Source: Trichoplax adhaerens (lineage: Eukaryota > Animalia > Placozoa). Taken from it: a stretch of DNA of 64,000 nt. The stretch lies in contig NW_002060945.1 of the NCBI RefSeq assembly GCF_000150275.1, forward strand, positions 1,182,199-1,246,198, read 5' to 3'. A program made the position numbers and the translations under genes. This document shows positions 1 through 17,651 of the stretch, piece after piece. The notes beneath the pieces are model-generated. The model made no database searches. It saw nothing but the letters and a program-made list of their open reading frames with translations, and had not been told where the DNA came from. The first letter of the stretch is position 1, and each line of letters begins with the position of its first letter.

Positions 1-1937
1 TGAAGGAATGCTTGTAGACTGCTCTACTGTAATGTAGATTAGCTTATCATAATTGATTATTCTAGTGTTGGATGAGATTAATCGCAGAATCATTGTCCTT
101 AATAGAAATCTAACTTTATTCCGCTATTGCCAATATCAGAATATTTCATCCAAATTTTAAATATTATTCCCTGAAAGAATCCGCTTTTCTATTAATGCAA
201 AGTAATTATCATTAATGATATCAGTAGTAATACTTGTTAACTGTAGTATAATGAATTGATATCATTTTTATCCAATTTCTATCTCGATATGCTCTTATTC
301 AGAATAATGTAGTTCTAGTAGCTAATCTTGCAATATCTACAATTTCACATGATCTCTACGTGTACGTTAATCCCGGGAATAACCGATGTATTTATATTTA
401 TTTCTTTATTCATTCAGCTCATACGAGTATTTTCCGTCCTTAAAGTTAAATCAATAAATTTTAGAATGTAACTTGATCCCAGAGTTGACCCGTCGCCACT
501 TTCTGGGAATGACAGATTCTCGGGAATTGCCGAAATTGACTGTTCTTTCTCAGGATCGATCTTAACAAGTTAAATCGAGATAAGGAGCCTTAAAAGTAAT
601 ATCATCATCCTATATAGTTCAATTCTTAATCGCTTATAAAGATCGTTAAAACATATGTTGCAAGTATGGTATTATCTTGATTATTATAAATTTATGCTAT
701 AGTTACTATAGAGATTAGCGTACATGTAAGGTTTTAACCACGACATTATCGGGTTATTTTTTATTCGTATGGGCTATTTCAAATTCTTTGTGCTTTAATC
801 ACCACTTTTGCCGATGAATAATGTTACATCGAGTCATTTTTTAGAGTAAACCATGGACTACTATTTTTTTTTTTAGAAGTCTATAAATAAACCTAGGCTA
901 TAAATACGGCAATAGCCCAACATTAATTCATTCATTAAAGGAGTATAAGCTGTTAAATGATTTCATATTCCTTTAACCAAACCATTGTTATAACTGACTG
1001 CGGTATGTGCTTATTGCTACAGAGTCTATTCAATTTTGAAAGTAATATATATTTGTCTTAACTAGTACAGTTATATCATATTAGCAATTATCACTACAAA
1101 CAAGTAGCAACAGCCATAGCAAATTAATTAAGGGAAATTATGATTTATTTTAAATTGATATTGATGCGTTCGGTCTTCCTATTCCTACCATGATAATATA
1201 TGGCATTTTAGACTTAATAATCATGTAAACCCTGAGCTGTAAACTGTATTATTTAAAACGATTACAAAAATAGATTTGAGATTTGATAAGTTTTTAATGC
1301 TACAGCAATTTAAAACTTAGCATATTTATTAGAGACAAATTCGAAGATACTATATGTATTGTATATAGTATTATATATAGCGGTTTTAAATTAATCCCTG
1401 GAATAATATACGTTATTATAGCATCACCTCATTTTATCAATTATAAATAGCTAGTTACGGCATTTCTTATTATTAGACGATCGTTCAGGATGCACGTTGT
1501 AATTTTTTACTCTGTTATAAGTGCTTTTGTAATACTATTATCAATAGAATAGCTTATGGCATGTAGTAATGTGATTGTTTTACAATTTTGACTTCTGGAC
1601 GTAGTTAGGCTAGTTCATTGAGATATTATAACAAGAAAAGTAGTATTTAATATCAAATTTGCTAATCACCTCAATTGTATAAGCAATAACTTATTAAAAG
1701 TGGGTAAGATAGGTATAAAATATATAATTGACTGATTTAAACCGTTAGTTATAAATGCGTCCTAGTAAATGGGTTGGATCTGTTATCTTACCGAAGCTGA
1801 ATTTCTCTTGTTGTAGGTTATCAGAATTATTGAGTTATCATTCCATTACTACCGGAGCTGAGATTGTTAAGCTGAACCCTTCATCATAGATTATTTTCTT
1901 TGTTATATACCAATATTTGGAAAGTAAAGCTACAAAG

Positions 1938-4345
<2,408 letters not shown>

Positions 4346-7316
4346 TGTAGGTATTAGACGAAGCAGATGGTACGAGACTTTGTTGTATAAAATGCTGCAA
4401 GAACGCCAAGCAGACTGAATTGTACTGGTACTATCCAATAGTACTGCAAAAGAAATACTATATGATTATATCTCAATTAGCTATTTGCTATCTCATATAT
4501 AAACTGTTGATATAGCAAAGAATGGAGCTATTTCCTCTGTTGTAATTCAGTGCGTAAATTTACGGAGAATTAGTTCATTAAAGATGTAGTATTTAAAATT
4601 TCACATCATTTAACATAAATTATTATTTACTTTAGGTCAGAACACTTGCGCCTACTGCGCATAACTGATAGGATAAGTTTACTTGTATGTAACTGTCTAG
4701 ACATTTAATTTTTCGTATTGGTATTTCGTTACATTCCTACGGCTGTAGGAAACAAACGTAATAAGTACCTAATCATATCGTTTCATACGATATGTACTTT
4801 TATGACCTGCTTATCATCTTTAATCAATGAAAGACTTCTATTCTTGGCATAAAAATTATTAAACAGAGTACAGATAGTAGTTTTACTTATTAGTTATCGC
4901 CGGTTGCTATTGTAGCCTTGTTGGCGTACATTATATAGTTCTAAATCGCTTCATAGATAAATAGCTATTGTACTACTTCATTACTTAACATGCAATTATA
5001 TATTCTAACCCTCATTTTCCATATAAAATAACGAAAAACTGACTCTTCTGGTCTGAATATAATGGTATTGTGTGTTGAGCTTGCAGTGAACGCATTTCCG
5101 CTACCTTCCAATACATATGTACATGTTTTAACTATTCTCGCCTGCGATTTAAGTAGTAGTGATTATTACTCAGGCAATGCTGTCGATGGTACAGTATGGT
5201 GGCAATGTAGCACCTTTTATCAATGTAATCAGAAATACATTTTGATTAACTGATTCTTTTAAACACTTATGATGCCAAATAGGTCATAAACTGCTATTTT
5301 GAACGGTCTTGATTATGACTTGCATTTCGGTCATGGCAGTAATGCTAAAATATTCCGATTGTAAGCAATAATTCTATTTTGTAATCGGTAAAATAAGCAG
5401 TGCCTTTACTCAGCGAAATGTATTGTACAGGTTTTTGGACTTTACGGATGGAATTATTATATTCTATACCTTTTTTGCATATCTGAAGTTATAGTAATTG
5501 GAAATATTAATCTATGTAGGGATAACTGTTTAAGATGAAAATTATTTCTCGCTCCGCTTCTATTCCATGATATTTGTAATTGTAATTTATTCAATTCTAA
5601 TGCAAACTCAATGCGAAATGTAAATGGTAATGCAATAGTTGTCCATAAGTTCATTAATAATATCAGGAATGAGGGAGTATCTCAGGTGAGATCTCGGAAT
5701 TTGAAAGAAAGCTTGGATACTACTGGCTTGTAATAATAAAGATTATAATGATTACTAAAAATGATTGAAAGAATTGTTTGTAGAATTTATGTAATTGGCA
5801 GATTTAGATTATGAATATCATAATTTCTTATAGAATAAGTTTGACTCTATTGCGGCAGTTACTTTACAATTATTGGAGACGTTTAAGAACAGTCATACAA
5901 AATTGATTACAAGTATGTAAATTGGAAAGGTTCTAATTTGTAGTAGACCAAGTATACAGTAAAGAAAAGCGATTGTAGCAATTTTTACGGAAAGATTGTA
6001 ACGCTTCAACACTATGCCCTTTGCACACTGTAAATCAGTTAGAGTCAAAGAGCATCCCCATTTATAATCGATTGATGGAATACAATTTATAATTTATATC
6101 CTTGAAAATACTAAATCACTTAATTAAGCTTATCATAGGTTTAGAAGGTAATTTGTAATTTCTTACTATTTTGATATAAGTGTTATAAATGATATTCGTT
6201 ATGATTAATCGTTCGAAACTCTTACATAAATACTACATAAACTTCTATTCAAAATTAACGGAACGATACTGCTTTTGTTTAGAATTAACACATACTGTTG
6301 CTAGTGTATAAAAGAATGAATACGATAGTATTTACCGAATCTATTACTTTCTGCTTATTTCTAATGCCATCAATTCATATTTATTAATTACAAATCAAAA
6401 ATTATTAGGTTAGTTGCAAATATATACTTTGTATTATGCAAAAATACATCAATGAGTTAACATTTGATTTAGGTAGCATAATATAAATCAATAAGTTGAT
6501 TAAGCCAAAAGTTACTTAACAAATTCGATAAATCAGGAGTGCTTTAGGTAATCCAAATCAACAAAAATGATCGTATATCTATCTAGTCCATTAGCAGATA
6601 ATTACTATATCAATTTACAGTTTGTTTAATATACTCTCCAAATTGATAGCATTAATAAGTAGATTAAGCATAAACATAATTGATATAAACCCGAAAATAA
6701 TTAAACACTCTTTAATTTTTCATCAATGACAAATCTAAATCCAATACTACTGATACTTGAAAATTATTACTTCATAACAGGTTAACGTTTAACTTCAGAT
6801 CATATTATTCTGATGTAGTAGATCATCGATAGCTGAATAAAATACATGTATCTTAAATTTCTTATCTTTTCATTCAAAAATTTATAAATATGTTATAAAT
6901 TTCGCTACCAAAATAGTAAGACTTAAATCCAATCAGCTTGATACACGTACAGATATGATTTTATACTGTGCTGTTTGCCAACAGAGATTGATACATACTT
7001 TGCTATAGAATAAAGCTAATTTATCTGTAATTGTAATATAATATAAATGATCAAAAGGATTACATCCTAGAATATTTATATATTTCAGACATTTGATATG
7101 TACATAAGTATAGATATAATACAGTAGAAATTTTGCACAAGATCCTCAATCCTAGAAAATAAACAATATCTCAAATAAAAGAAAATATACGAAATTGATG
7201 TTTTGTGTGTTTTCTAGTAATTCATGTATATTTCTTGTCCATTCAACTAATACTGATACTAGCTGCTGTTGTCCTTGTCCTACATGACTACGAGTATAAC
7301 TAGTTGTAAATAGAAA

Positions 7317-10300
7317 TCAAGCCAGCGTCCCTCTTATTGATGGTGTATCATCTGTCACATTTGCTATCGAAGAATCAATCAGTTGTTCTTGTTCAGATTG
7401 TAGTGAAGCTTTCCTAAATTCATTAACATATTAGTTAAAGTCGTTCACCGTAAACCGTAGATTTTTTACTTTTTGATTATTATCACTGATACTCTGTAAT
7501 ATAGTAAATATTACTGGTGTATAGATATTTATGGTTAATTAAGGAAATACAGAACTCGACTATTAATTTCTTTTAAGTGATTAAAAAATCTTCATTATCA
7601 TTACCGACATGAAGTGAAACAAAACAAACGCAGGACTTTTCTCTTAAAACAGGTCAATAATTGACGGAAAATGCAGCATACAGGATCCCAATTATCGTAA
7701 TAACAAGCCCAACATAATGCCAAATACGATAATAAGACAAGAATACCGCCACCAACGTATATGGCTTCAAATTTTTCCTAAAGTATTTATAAAATGAGAT
7801 CAGTTCGTAGCAATTGTATCATTTATCTTGATGTAATGGATTACCTTTTTCACTACTACATTAACGATAACAGTTAGGGGGATGGTAAGATTCAAGGAAG
7901 CTACAGCCATTATTGATGATGTTAACACACTACTCCTAAAATTAATATATATGGATAAACAAACAATATCAGCTGAAAATATGGAATAAACTTTTGGTAA
8001 TTTATTCAATGCAGCGAATTATACCAGAGCCACAAGAAACCAATAAAGCTATTTAGTAAGGCGTCGATAAGTAGCAGCAGCAAAACTTGGATAGGAGGAA
8101 ATTCAAATGGCTCAAAATGGGCATAATTAATACCAATAAGCATAGGCCATGTAGTTAACATTGCAAATAGACCAACATAGCCTATTATAAAGAATTAAAT
8201 GAGCATAATTTTGACTGTCTTTCTAAGTAATATTTATGTCTAATAAATTTAATGTTAGGGTAGCGGAGTATAATTCATGATTATACTGAAATTTTATCTT
8301 ACCAAATATTAAAGGCGTACTAATCTGTGTCTTCGTTAGAACTGATCTTTTCACGAACAGTAGATAGCCCGTAAATCTATTTCAGGTGAGCATTTATTTA
8401 TTAGTTGTAAAATTGATATTGTATGCAAGACATCATGAGATTAATAATAATACAGGAAATCTTACGAGAGAGCGCCAATACACGCAAGAAATGCACTGAG
8501 TGGCCATTTATTTGTTATTTTTAGATTGCCAAATAGTAGCATTGCAACACCGGAGAGACTATATCAAAATTAATATTGATGTCAATATGTTGGAGATTTG
8601 TACTTCATTTATTAAGATAACGTTAATAAGTTAATAGAACAATACATAAGTAAACTAACTGACAACATAGGTCCAAAGTAATGGAAATTGATAAACTAAT
8701 ACACTGGTTAGATAATTGCTATTCTATTTAAAGCCTTACCTGACTACGATTGCCAAAAATTTAGATAGGGTAAATGCTTCTGATTCAGCATTATTACACG
8801 CAAAGCTTAAGACCATAACAAATATACCTACAGATACATTGGATGGTCATTAGGTCAGGTATTGAGAGTTACAAAGATAACTGATAAATTAAAAAATTGT
8901 TTATATAAATAGGAGTGCATACCGGACAAAGCAACAAACATATTGATCGTTAGAACATCAGTGCTTGTTAAGGCTTCCGCAAAGACTACATTCGTTACAA
9001 ACCACTGAGGTAATGATTATAATAGGATTAAAATTGGAATATAACGAAAGTAATATTTTGTATTGCTATCATGAAATTAGATTTGTATCATAGAGAAATG
9101 ATATAACAAGAAAAAAATAGTTCAGTTCAATTATATGCTGTAGGTTATTGAAAATATGCTATTAAAGATACATGAAAGTAATCCTGTTGAACTTTAATTA
9201 TCTTTTGTAAAAGTACTTCAGTTCTACTAAATTTAAAAAGTCTTTGAAAAGTAAAATCTCTTAATAAATATGACATTTAAAGACAAGCGTCGTAATAGCA
9301 TTGAACTCGAATCGATTTTTGTAAAAAGTATTTAGTTCCCGAAACTAAAATGTTATTATAAATATCGTCTCTTAAGCAATACGATATTTGATGATAGCGT
9401 CATAATATTGCATTGACATCTTCATTTTTATATAATATTTCAGCTTTACTGAATTGAATATCATCTCTTAACTAAAATAAAACATTTAAGGTAAGTATTG
9501 CTATGATATAGAATTCTAGTCTTTTTTTAGGTGGCCTACCGGTGTAACTACGAATATCGCAACTTTAAGGATAGTGAAGGTATACATTGGAGCCATGCTA
9601 TTATACAGTTTCTTTTCCAATGCTAGAGTATCATTATAGGATAATCTTGCTAAGCGGGCTTCTGCGGAGTAATTATCTGTGTTGAAAATAGAAATGAAGG
9701 AGATTTTCATGACATTTAATCCTACTTTGAAACTTTTTTGGAGAATAATATATGTAGTTTAGTACAATAAGCAATGGCATTGCTAAAAAGCTTGTTATTT
9801 AGTTATAGAATTAGACTTGCGGACCTAATTTATTGTGAAGGGTAATACGAAAATGCATCATAGATTTCTAGAATCATACCTGGCATTTTGCAGACCATTC
9901 GTTGCGTATTAAATGAGACTCGTTTTTTGGATTTCTTAGGATTGGATTTATCCCCAACTAGAATAGGATTGTGGAGCAAGGGTAAGGTATTTTCAAAATG
10001 AAACAAAGCCAAGATTTTATTCATAGCGTAGATAGTAAATTTATAGAAATAATAATAAATTTGAACGCTTTTATTTATCATTAGATAGTTAAAGATTATA
10101 CCTTTTCGTATTTCTTCACGCTTAGGCAGTTCGGTCCATTTAATTGTTTCTAACCAAGGTGTTTGCTACATTATTAAGAGATATAGAGCAACGAATCAGT
10201 GTCAAACTTTAGATACTGTTTCTGTAAATGAATTTTTGATGGTGTAAGTCGACTCAAAATACGATGATCAGGATTGTAACTCAATGCTATTCCTGCTATT

Positions 10301-13300
10301 AATCTGCAAGTCTACATGTAAAAGAAAACTTTTTTCACTTTGCTATTGTTGATATTAAGTTATGTACCAGAGGTTCGTATACGATATTGACTTCTTGTTC
10401 ATCTTTTGTACCATTAACCTAAGCAAAAGGAAGAGATAATATCATGAGTGGCCAATTGATAATATTTAGTTTTAACTGTTTGAAATGATAACGTCATCAG
10501 TCAGCAAGAATAAATTTAATTTATGGCTGCACGTTGAATACTAAATGATCATCGAAGCACATTAAAACATTCAATATTGTGTAGTAAGTTAAAAGAATCA
10601 GCCATTCTAAATGTAATCGATTCGAAATGCTCTCAGCGATGCTACGATTGCCTCAAGCTAATAACGGCCAACAAAAAGTATCCCATTACAGGCTGTAATA
10701 TATGCTATCTAGAGTACATAATTTACAAGAATTCCTGTGTAAATAATGTGTCGTAATTTAAGCTTTCAGGATTTTGATTACATCATATGGGCACATTCAA
10801 TATTTGCAATCGCATTCCATCATAATTGTTATTAACAGCAATTTTTAATCCTTTCTATACTCATATGGTTTGTATTCAATACGCCATTTAAAGGAATGCT
10901 GTTTACAACATGAATAGGCGTCTACCCATAGTCTATCTTATGTCAAAGTTTTGTATTGACACATTTACTCTAATATTGAACTTTGCCCAAAACATTTTGA
11001 TTACTTTTTTGATTACTGTATCATTCGGCTACGGTAATCTATTTGAGCTAGTATTAAATCTCACTATTTGATCGCTAAGAAATACTTGCGCCTTACTTGG
11101 TGATCTTCTTTTCCTTCAGAATCAGCATCAGTAGAATACTGCGAAGGTAGACAAGGAAAGAAAGGATTTTGTTTACTAGTGTACAACGGCCAAAGGATTA
11201 GAATGAGTAGGAAGACCACCATCATCGAAGATTTAACGTAGCCTATGAAACAAGGCTTGGAATAATTCATGCCATGGATGATATGCTATAATATTGATTA
11301 TAATTTGATTACGTAAAACATTGATTATTGAATATCGAATTCACAAGAAGAAACCATAGCTAAGAATAGTAACAATAATAAAGGCTAGAGTTGGCTGGCA
11401 TAAAGCCTTCTTATTGAAGGAAGGAATGGCTATTCCGAGTCGTAGTTAATTATATGAAAGCGTAAAATCATACAGCACACTTATTAGCAAAAACATACCA
11501 AAATCTCGAAATTTTGGTACTATCGTAGTTATCGATTGAATTCGCAGTGGAAATATTTTATACCGGAAGTAAAAGCAATTTCATCTACATGCATAGAGAT
11601 CTAGTAGTTGTTACGTTATTTTTGCTACTGAATTTGAAGTTTCTTATGGTAAATATCTCGAATTACGTGATTCTTCTACTATATAAGTTTGCTTAAGCTG
11701 CGCATTGCAAGATGATAATAATTTAATTCTTGAAGAGTCGTATTAGAAGACGAATGCTATCGTTTATTTCCCTGCTGAATCGATACCGAAATAGTTTTCA
11801 ATGGTTTTAATCAAAGATTGTAATCTAAAAGTGTTAATGATTGTTGATGATCTTAGGCTTAAAATGCTTATGAAAATAAGTCCGCAGATAGAAAAAATAG
11901 TTCCTTATTGCGATTAAAGATCATAATTTGAAACCATTTGATGATAATGAAGAACATTACAGTTAAGTCTTCATATATAGTAGAAAATTATTACCTCAAA
12001 AATGATTGAAGATCATGATCTACAAAGTGCTAGTGATTATTATTAATCAATCTTGCAGTTAACAAGTTCATAAAAGCAAATCTCTAGATAGGAAATCATT
12101 GATTTTGTGAAGATTAACTGAGACGAAAATGTCATCTCTGTCAGTATTGATTGTGTAGCTGTAAACAGTCAGTGTCGTAGTTAGAATTGTACTATTGAAC
12201 CTTGGACATTAGAGAATTGCTTTAACCTTGGCTTATTTACGAATAAAAACAAAATTTGAATGATTTTAGTATCCACTAGAGCTTGCGGTAAATGAATGGA
12301 AGATTTTATCAGTATTTAATACACTGTTTTCTCTATGCTGCTGCTACGTCTAGATGCAAATATAAGTACTAGTATAATATCTGATATTCATAAACGACAT
12401 AAACTAATCGAAGACTTTTAGATGTCAATTTTAACGAGTTTGATGAATTCCATCCCTTCTTCCCTCCTGCTGTTGCTAGCGTCCACCACGATTCCTGGAT
12501 TGCGGAGTTACTAATTTATCCACCCTGTAAGGACTAAAAATTTCACCATAGCGTCATTTATGTATCTCTATTTAATAGCCAAAAATTGACACTGTGGTGT
12601 AATTTCCTTTCCAGCTTTGATTTATGTCCTAACTTGTAGTTATCGTTATGGACATTTTACTATATCAATGATATCGATATAACCGATAACGCTACGGCGA
12701 AATAATGCTGTAAATTATCGCTTTCGTAAGAGTTAGTAGCAAAGGATAGACTATTAGTGATTTAACGAAGAAATTGATTTATACTATGATAGTCTAGGCG
12801 TACTATAGGATAGTCTAGCTATGGTATACGTAGACGGGGAAAAAGCGTAGAAGCTGTCTGTTGTAGAAAGTTAATTTAAACTGCAGTCTGTAGTAGATTA
12901 ATTAAGGATTATTCAAGAAAGCCATGTTCAAAAAATACTGTAGCTTGCTATGTCCAGTTGGCTACGATCAGTTGTTAATGAGATTATTATCAAGTTTTGC
13001 GATAATTATAATTAGCGTCTTTCGTTACAAATGATGTACAATTATTATGAAGAAATTTCAAAATGGACAAAGCAGTTCAAATTAGCCATTTTAAGACTAG
13101 CCTGCTGCGTTGATCAAGAATAGCCAAAAGAACCGTGAATAGCAAGAAAAAAAGTGATTAAGACAGCATTATTGATTTACTGTTCATCACATAAAGTTAT
13201 TATGTATGTTTAAAATAAGTTCATTAATGGTGATTGCATTTTGCATGGGTCCTATTCCAGCATGGGACAGATATGACGGTTGATAAGAGTGCAATTTTAA

Positions 13301-13493
13301 GTAATTGTAATAACACTGGAAAAGAAAATAGTCTTGATGATATGCTACATCAGGTTCAAAATGGATGCAAAATTGACTTGTATCTTACCTGTGTTAATTC
13401 GATGGAAATAACCCATAGTATATCAACGATGATGAGCAGTACTACACCTAGTAAATATTTTCGGCGATGTGTACAGTGTCGATAAGAAGGCAT
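7317..13493 (-). CDS. SLC35F5: Solute carrier family 35 member F5-like (EamA/DMT-fold transporter), multi-exon
   Basis: Exons translate to RRKYLLGVVLLIIVDILWVISIELTQ (13389-13493), NYSKPCFIGYVKSSM (11097-11285), KRVSFNTQRMVCKMP, DNYSAEARLARLSY, WFVTNVVFAEALTSTDVLTINMF and YDNWDPV, paralleling SLC35F5 motifs. Stop TGA at 7317-7319. Some internal exon boundaries were not individually checked. Confidence 0.88.
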
Positions 13494-16400
13494 CTTCAAA
13501 TCATGAAGCCTACATGCCAATGATAAAGAAAGAAAAAATTGAATGTTGTGACGTTAACATGAAACCTTTAGTTTCATCTTTTCCAAAATTGGAAAGATTT
13601 TATGCTATATATAGATCAGCATAGCCATATCTATTCAATAATGTCATTGATGATTGCCATTTAATTTCCGCAAGATTGAAACCATATTTAGGCAAAGAAT
13701 AAAGTAGGATCGTGGAAACAATAAAGTTTATGTTTGCTACTCTAGAGTATCATCTATGGACAACTAGTCTGTGGTCAATATATGTATAACATTAATAAAA
13801 CAAGTTGATCTATTGCTTGAATGATTGATCGATAAGATGAGTTAGCAAAGATGAAACAATGATTCATCTTTACCAAAGTATTTCAGTCCTGAATTTTGTA
13901 CTATTGAAATGAGAGAAGAAGATCATTCGCCTTTAATCTGCTATATCTATTGTAACTTGACAACTAGTTAGGATATCAGTTGATGACTTGATCCTGCTAT
14001 AATTGTAAGCGAAGAGTGAGAATGTTTAACGATGGCAGCAAGGCAAGAAGAAAGAATCGAGGGTAACGAGACTGTCCTGTGCAGAAAAAAAAAAAGAAAA
14101 AATAAGGAGAGCAAACCTCCAACGCCGGCTGTTGATATTGTCTCGCATTAGAGTATTATTGCCATTCCTTTTCCTGGTAAAAGTTGCTATCGTTGGATCG
14201 TCGTTGGACTTGTGGAAAGAGAGGAACGATAACAAATGAACAGGCACAAGCAGTGACTGCAAAATGAGAGGAAAAAAAAATGAAATGATGACAATCTGTC
14301 AGTCCAATCACCAGAAATTAAAGGGTCGATTTACAATCGCTAACCACCCAATACGTTCATGCAAGATCAATCGGTTATGGTAAGATGATGGATGATACAG
14401 TAATGCCGTAGTAAAAGAAATCTCTACTATAAACTACGCCTACTTGCCTTTCTCTGCTTTCATCAATATACAGTACAAATAATTAATTACTGTCAGCTAG
14501 ATAAACATGGTTTGATAGGCTGGCCTTAATTGTTCTATACGTTGATGATAAATCAATCAATAGCATTTATATCCTGATCGATGTACCTTATGTTACTAGC
14601 TTCGCTTGGCCAATCTTGATGCACGCGATGCTATAATCAATGGTACAATGGATAGAATGGAGTTTTAAGGCAGTTGAGAAACGTGAAATTATCTTTACTC
14701 GATCGAAGTTATGGTAGGCAGAAGGAAATTTCTACTATTCCAGTCGAAAGTAAAGAAATATGTGGCCAGCTGGGAACTGTAGGCCATTCAATAGATTTTA
14801 ACGATAGTACTATCAGAACGTCAATGACTAAAGTAGTCATACAGGAGCTTAACGTATGATTGCTGCCTTGATTAATGAATTAGTTCTGCTTGCTCTATTT
14901 TGCTTCCATTTGCAGTCAATAGTCCAATCGTTAGAGCACAATACTGTACGATGAAGAAATTTCGAAGCAGCTGGGAAATGTTAAACTCTAGAGTTCTCTC
15001 ATTTGATCGGTATTATTAGGGACGCTACGTTAATCCTAGGTGATATTGAATAGTATAGCCGATAGCATAGAATATGGAGGAAGGCGATTGCAACGTAACT
15101 TAATCGATGAGGCAGTGGTACTTGTACAGAGCTAGAGTATCAATCAACAAAACAGTTTTCACTTTTCAGGCAACTGAGAATGCCTGCAGTGTTCTCTGTA
15201 GAACACTACTGTCAGATTTGATCCATGTTCTTGTACTAATAGGAGTTACTTTAGTTCAAATATTAGTGGTATGGAGTAAGATGATCTATGTAGAATGGAG
15301 GAGCAAGAAAGGAGTTTCCTATAGGGCTGTAGTTAGTCAATATTGTAGATGATGAACAGATCCCGAAATTGCGAATGTCTCAGTTATTGCAACTATAATT
15401 TGACTGACAAGGAATGCTGTTCAAGTCACAAAATATTTTCTAAAACCATTCCATGAATTTCATTCATTTTGTTAGAACGAAAATTATCAATATGAATTAC
15501 AGCCGTGCAGATTTTAGAAATAAAGTCATCATTTAAAGCATCATTTTTCACTACATACTGTTCCGGACTACTAAAATACATCTAGAAGTCCATGATACTG
15601 TACTGTATAATGATAGAATGAAGGTAAACTGGCCAGATTAAGGCATCTAATCAGGCATTGGTCAACTTGGGGCTTGCCTATAATAATTCTTTTTCACCCT
15701 AGGGTCTAGGGAACTCTTAGTCCCAACGTACGATGTCTGTGTTATCATTATTACTCATCCAGTAAAAAAAATAATCTATACAAAATATTCAATTCAAATC
15801 AAATCAAATCAATAAACAATTATGTATTTGTACTTTACAATCCATGGTACTGTAAGGTGCGGGAAATCAAACTCAATTCGTAGAGATAATTCAAACATAT
15901 ACGTCTATTAATCCACGGTACTACCAATGTGGCTGGGTTGGCCAATCATTCACATCATTTCTTACTTGCAAGTATTTTCATTCAAGCCACATATTACTGA
16001 ATTTAAGACCAAAAGTGGATTGTTATAATTATCATCAATGTAGTTATAGATGCAGATAAACCTTGATAGCAATGAGAAACCCATGAAACTCCAATTTATG
16101 TCAAATATATTACTTTGAGACGCTTTACTGCCCTGATTATGTACAATAACAGGGCTATTAGTTAATTAAACTGGATGCAATGATGACAATGTGGTTCGAA
16201 ATCTCTGCTGTACTCAGTAGTCTGTATGTAGTCTCTGTATTAAAATAATACGATCGTAAATCCGTTAAAGAAGTTAACTATCGTTCGTTATGTCCCTGTT
16301 ATTAGCTTAACTTTTAGCCCATATCTTAGTACAGTGTCTTGGCTGAGTAGTAATGTCGACAGTAAATGGCAAATCTACGCGTGCATGCAATTGCCAACAC

Positions 16401-16817
16401 AGTAATAAGAGTGGACAAATTCGAATTGAACTGCTCTGATTTAATCCGAGGGCAAAGTCTGAGTTATGAGTTATTTCAATGCTTCTACGGCCTAATAGAT
16501 AGCAATGTAGATAGGACCATTGAATCCAGTATGCAGCATTAAACAGCTTATTGAATAGCAATACAGTATCTGCATTGCAAATGGCTGTTGGCCTATTACT
16601 ACTCGTATTATGCTGTACGCATTCTTGTTGATCAGTAGAATATAAAGAAGAGTATATTATTTGTATAGCACTTTTATGTGTATAGCTCAGCGTTTAGACC
16701 ATTCGATACTAAGCAGTAAGTTTTCTAATAACGAAGGGCTTTACTTGAGAAACTAAGCAATTCATCACAGTATAATGTACCAATTATGCAGGCCAAATTG
16801 CAGAGCCAAATATGCAG

Positions 16818-17369
16818 GTTGCAGATCTCTATATCTGTAATAACAGAATGATGCAGAGTAGTCACGACAGTTATAGAGTTCCTTTCTACAGATTCTACAG
16901 TATAGTTGCGAATAGTCTGCTGTCGATATTATATTATGGAAATTGATTTCTTTATAAAGCATCTGCAAGGAATGAATTATAACGGCATGTAGTAGTAACA
17001 GTTGTAGATCTCTATGCCTGTAATAGCAGAATGATGTAGAGTAGTCACGACAGTCATAGAATTCCTTTCTACAGATTCTACAGTATAGTTGCGAATAGTC
17101 TGCTGTCGATATCATATTATGGAAATTGATTTCTTTACAAAGCATCTGCAAGAAATGAATTATAACGGCATGTAGTAGCAACAGTTTTAGATCTCTATGC
17201 CTGTAATAGCAGAATGATGCAGAGTAGTCACGACAGTCATAGAATTCCTTTCTACGGATTCTACAGTATAGTTGCGAATAGTCTGCTGTCGATATTATAT
17301 TATGGAAATTGATTTCTTTACAAGGCATCTGCAAGGAATGAATTATAACAGCATGTAGTAGTAACAGTT
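16818..17369. repeat. Tandem repeat, 183-bp unit x3, high identity
   Basis: Units start at 16818, 17001 and 17184 (gtt..agatctctat..ctgtaata.cagaatgatg.agagtagtcacgacag). Confidence 0.95.
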
Positions 17370-17651
17370 AAGAGATGGTTTTGCTCCTACCAATTAATGC
17401 CATCGGCGATTTTGTTCCACACAGTGCAGCATTGCCTAAGTGTATTGACAGTATTGGTGCTAGAAACCATGATCAAAGTTGTACGCTTACACTAGCTAAC
17501 GAGACTTGACCTCATACTGTCGTTAAGATATCATACCAACATTGGCAAATAATTTTCCAAACGCCACATTACATCATCATTCCCTAATGTGCTTTTGGAG
17601 AGTACATTGCTACTGATATTCCAGCCAGGAATAAAGCAATTGTTGTTTATC

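Noticed and set aside
115-149. Minus-strand MKYSDIGNSGIK, resembling an aldo-keto reductase N-terminus
   Set aside because: Too short, and no convincing downstream exon within the window.
317-340. DIARLAT-coding 21-mer similar to ~62755-62777
   Set aside because: Isolated short match flanked by stops; likely chance.
5040-5800. Coding-looking fragments between ICA1 and SLC35F5
   Set aside because: Frequent stops, no recognisable family and no consistent splice model.
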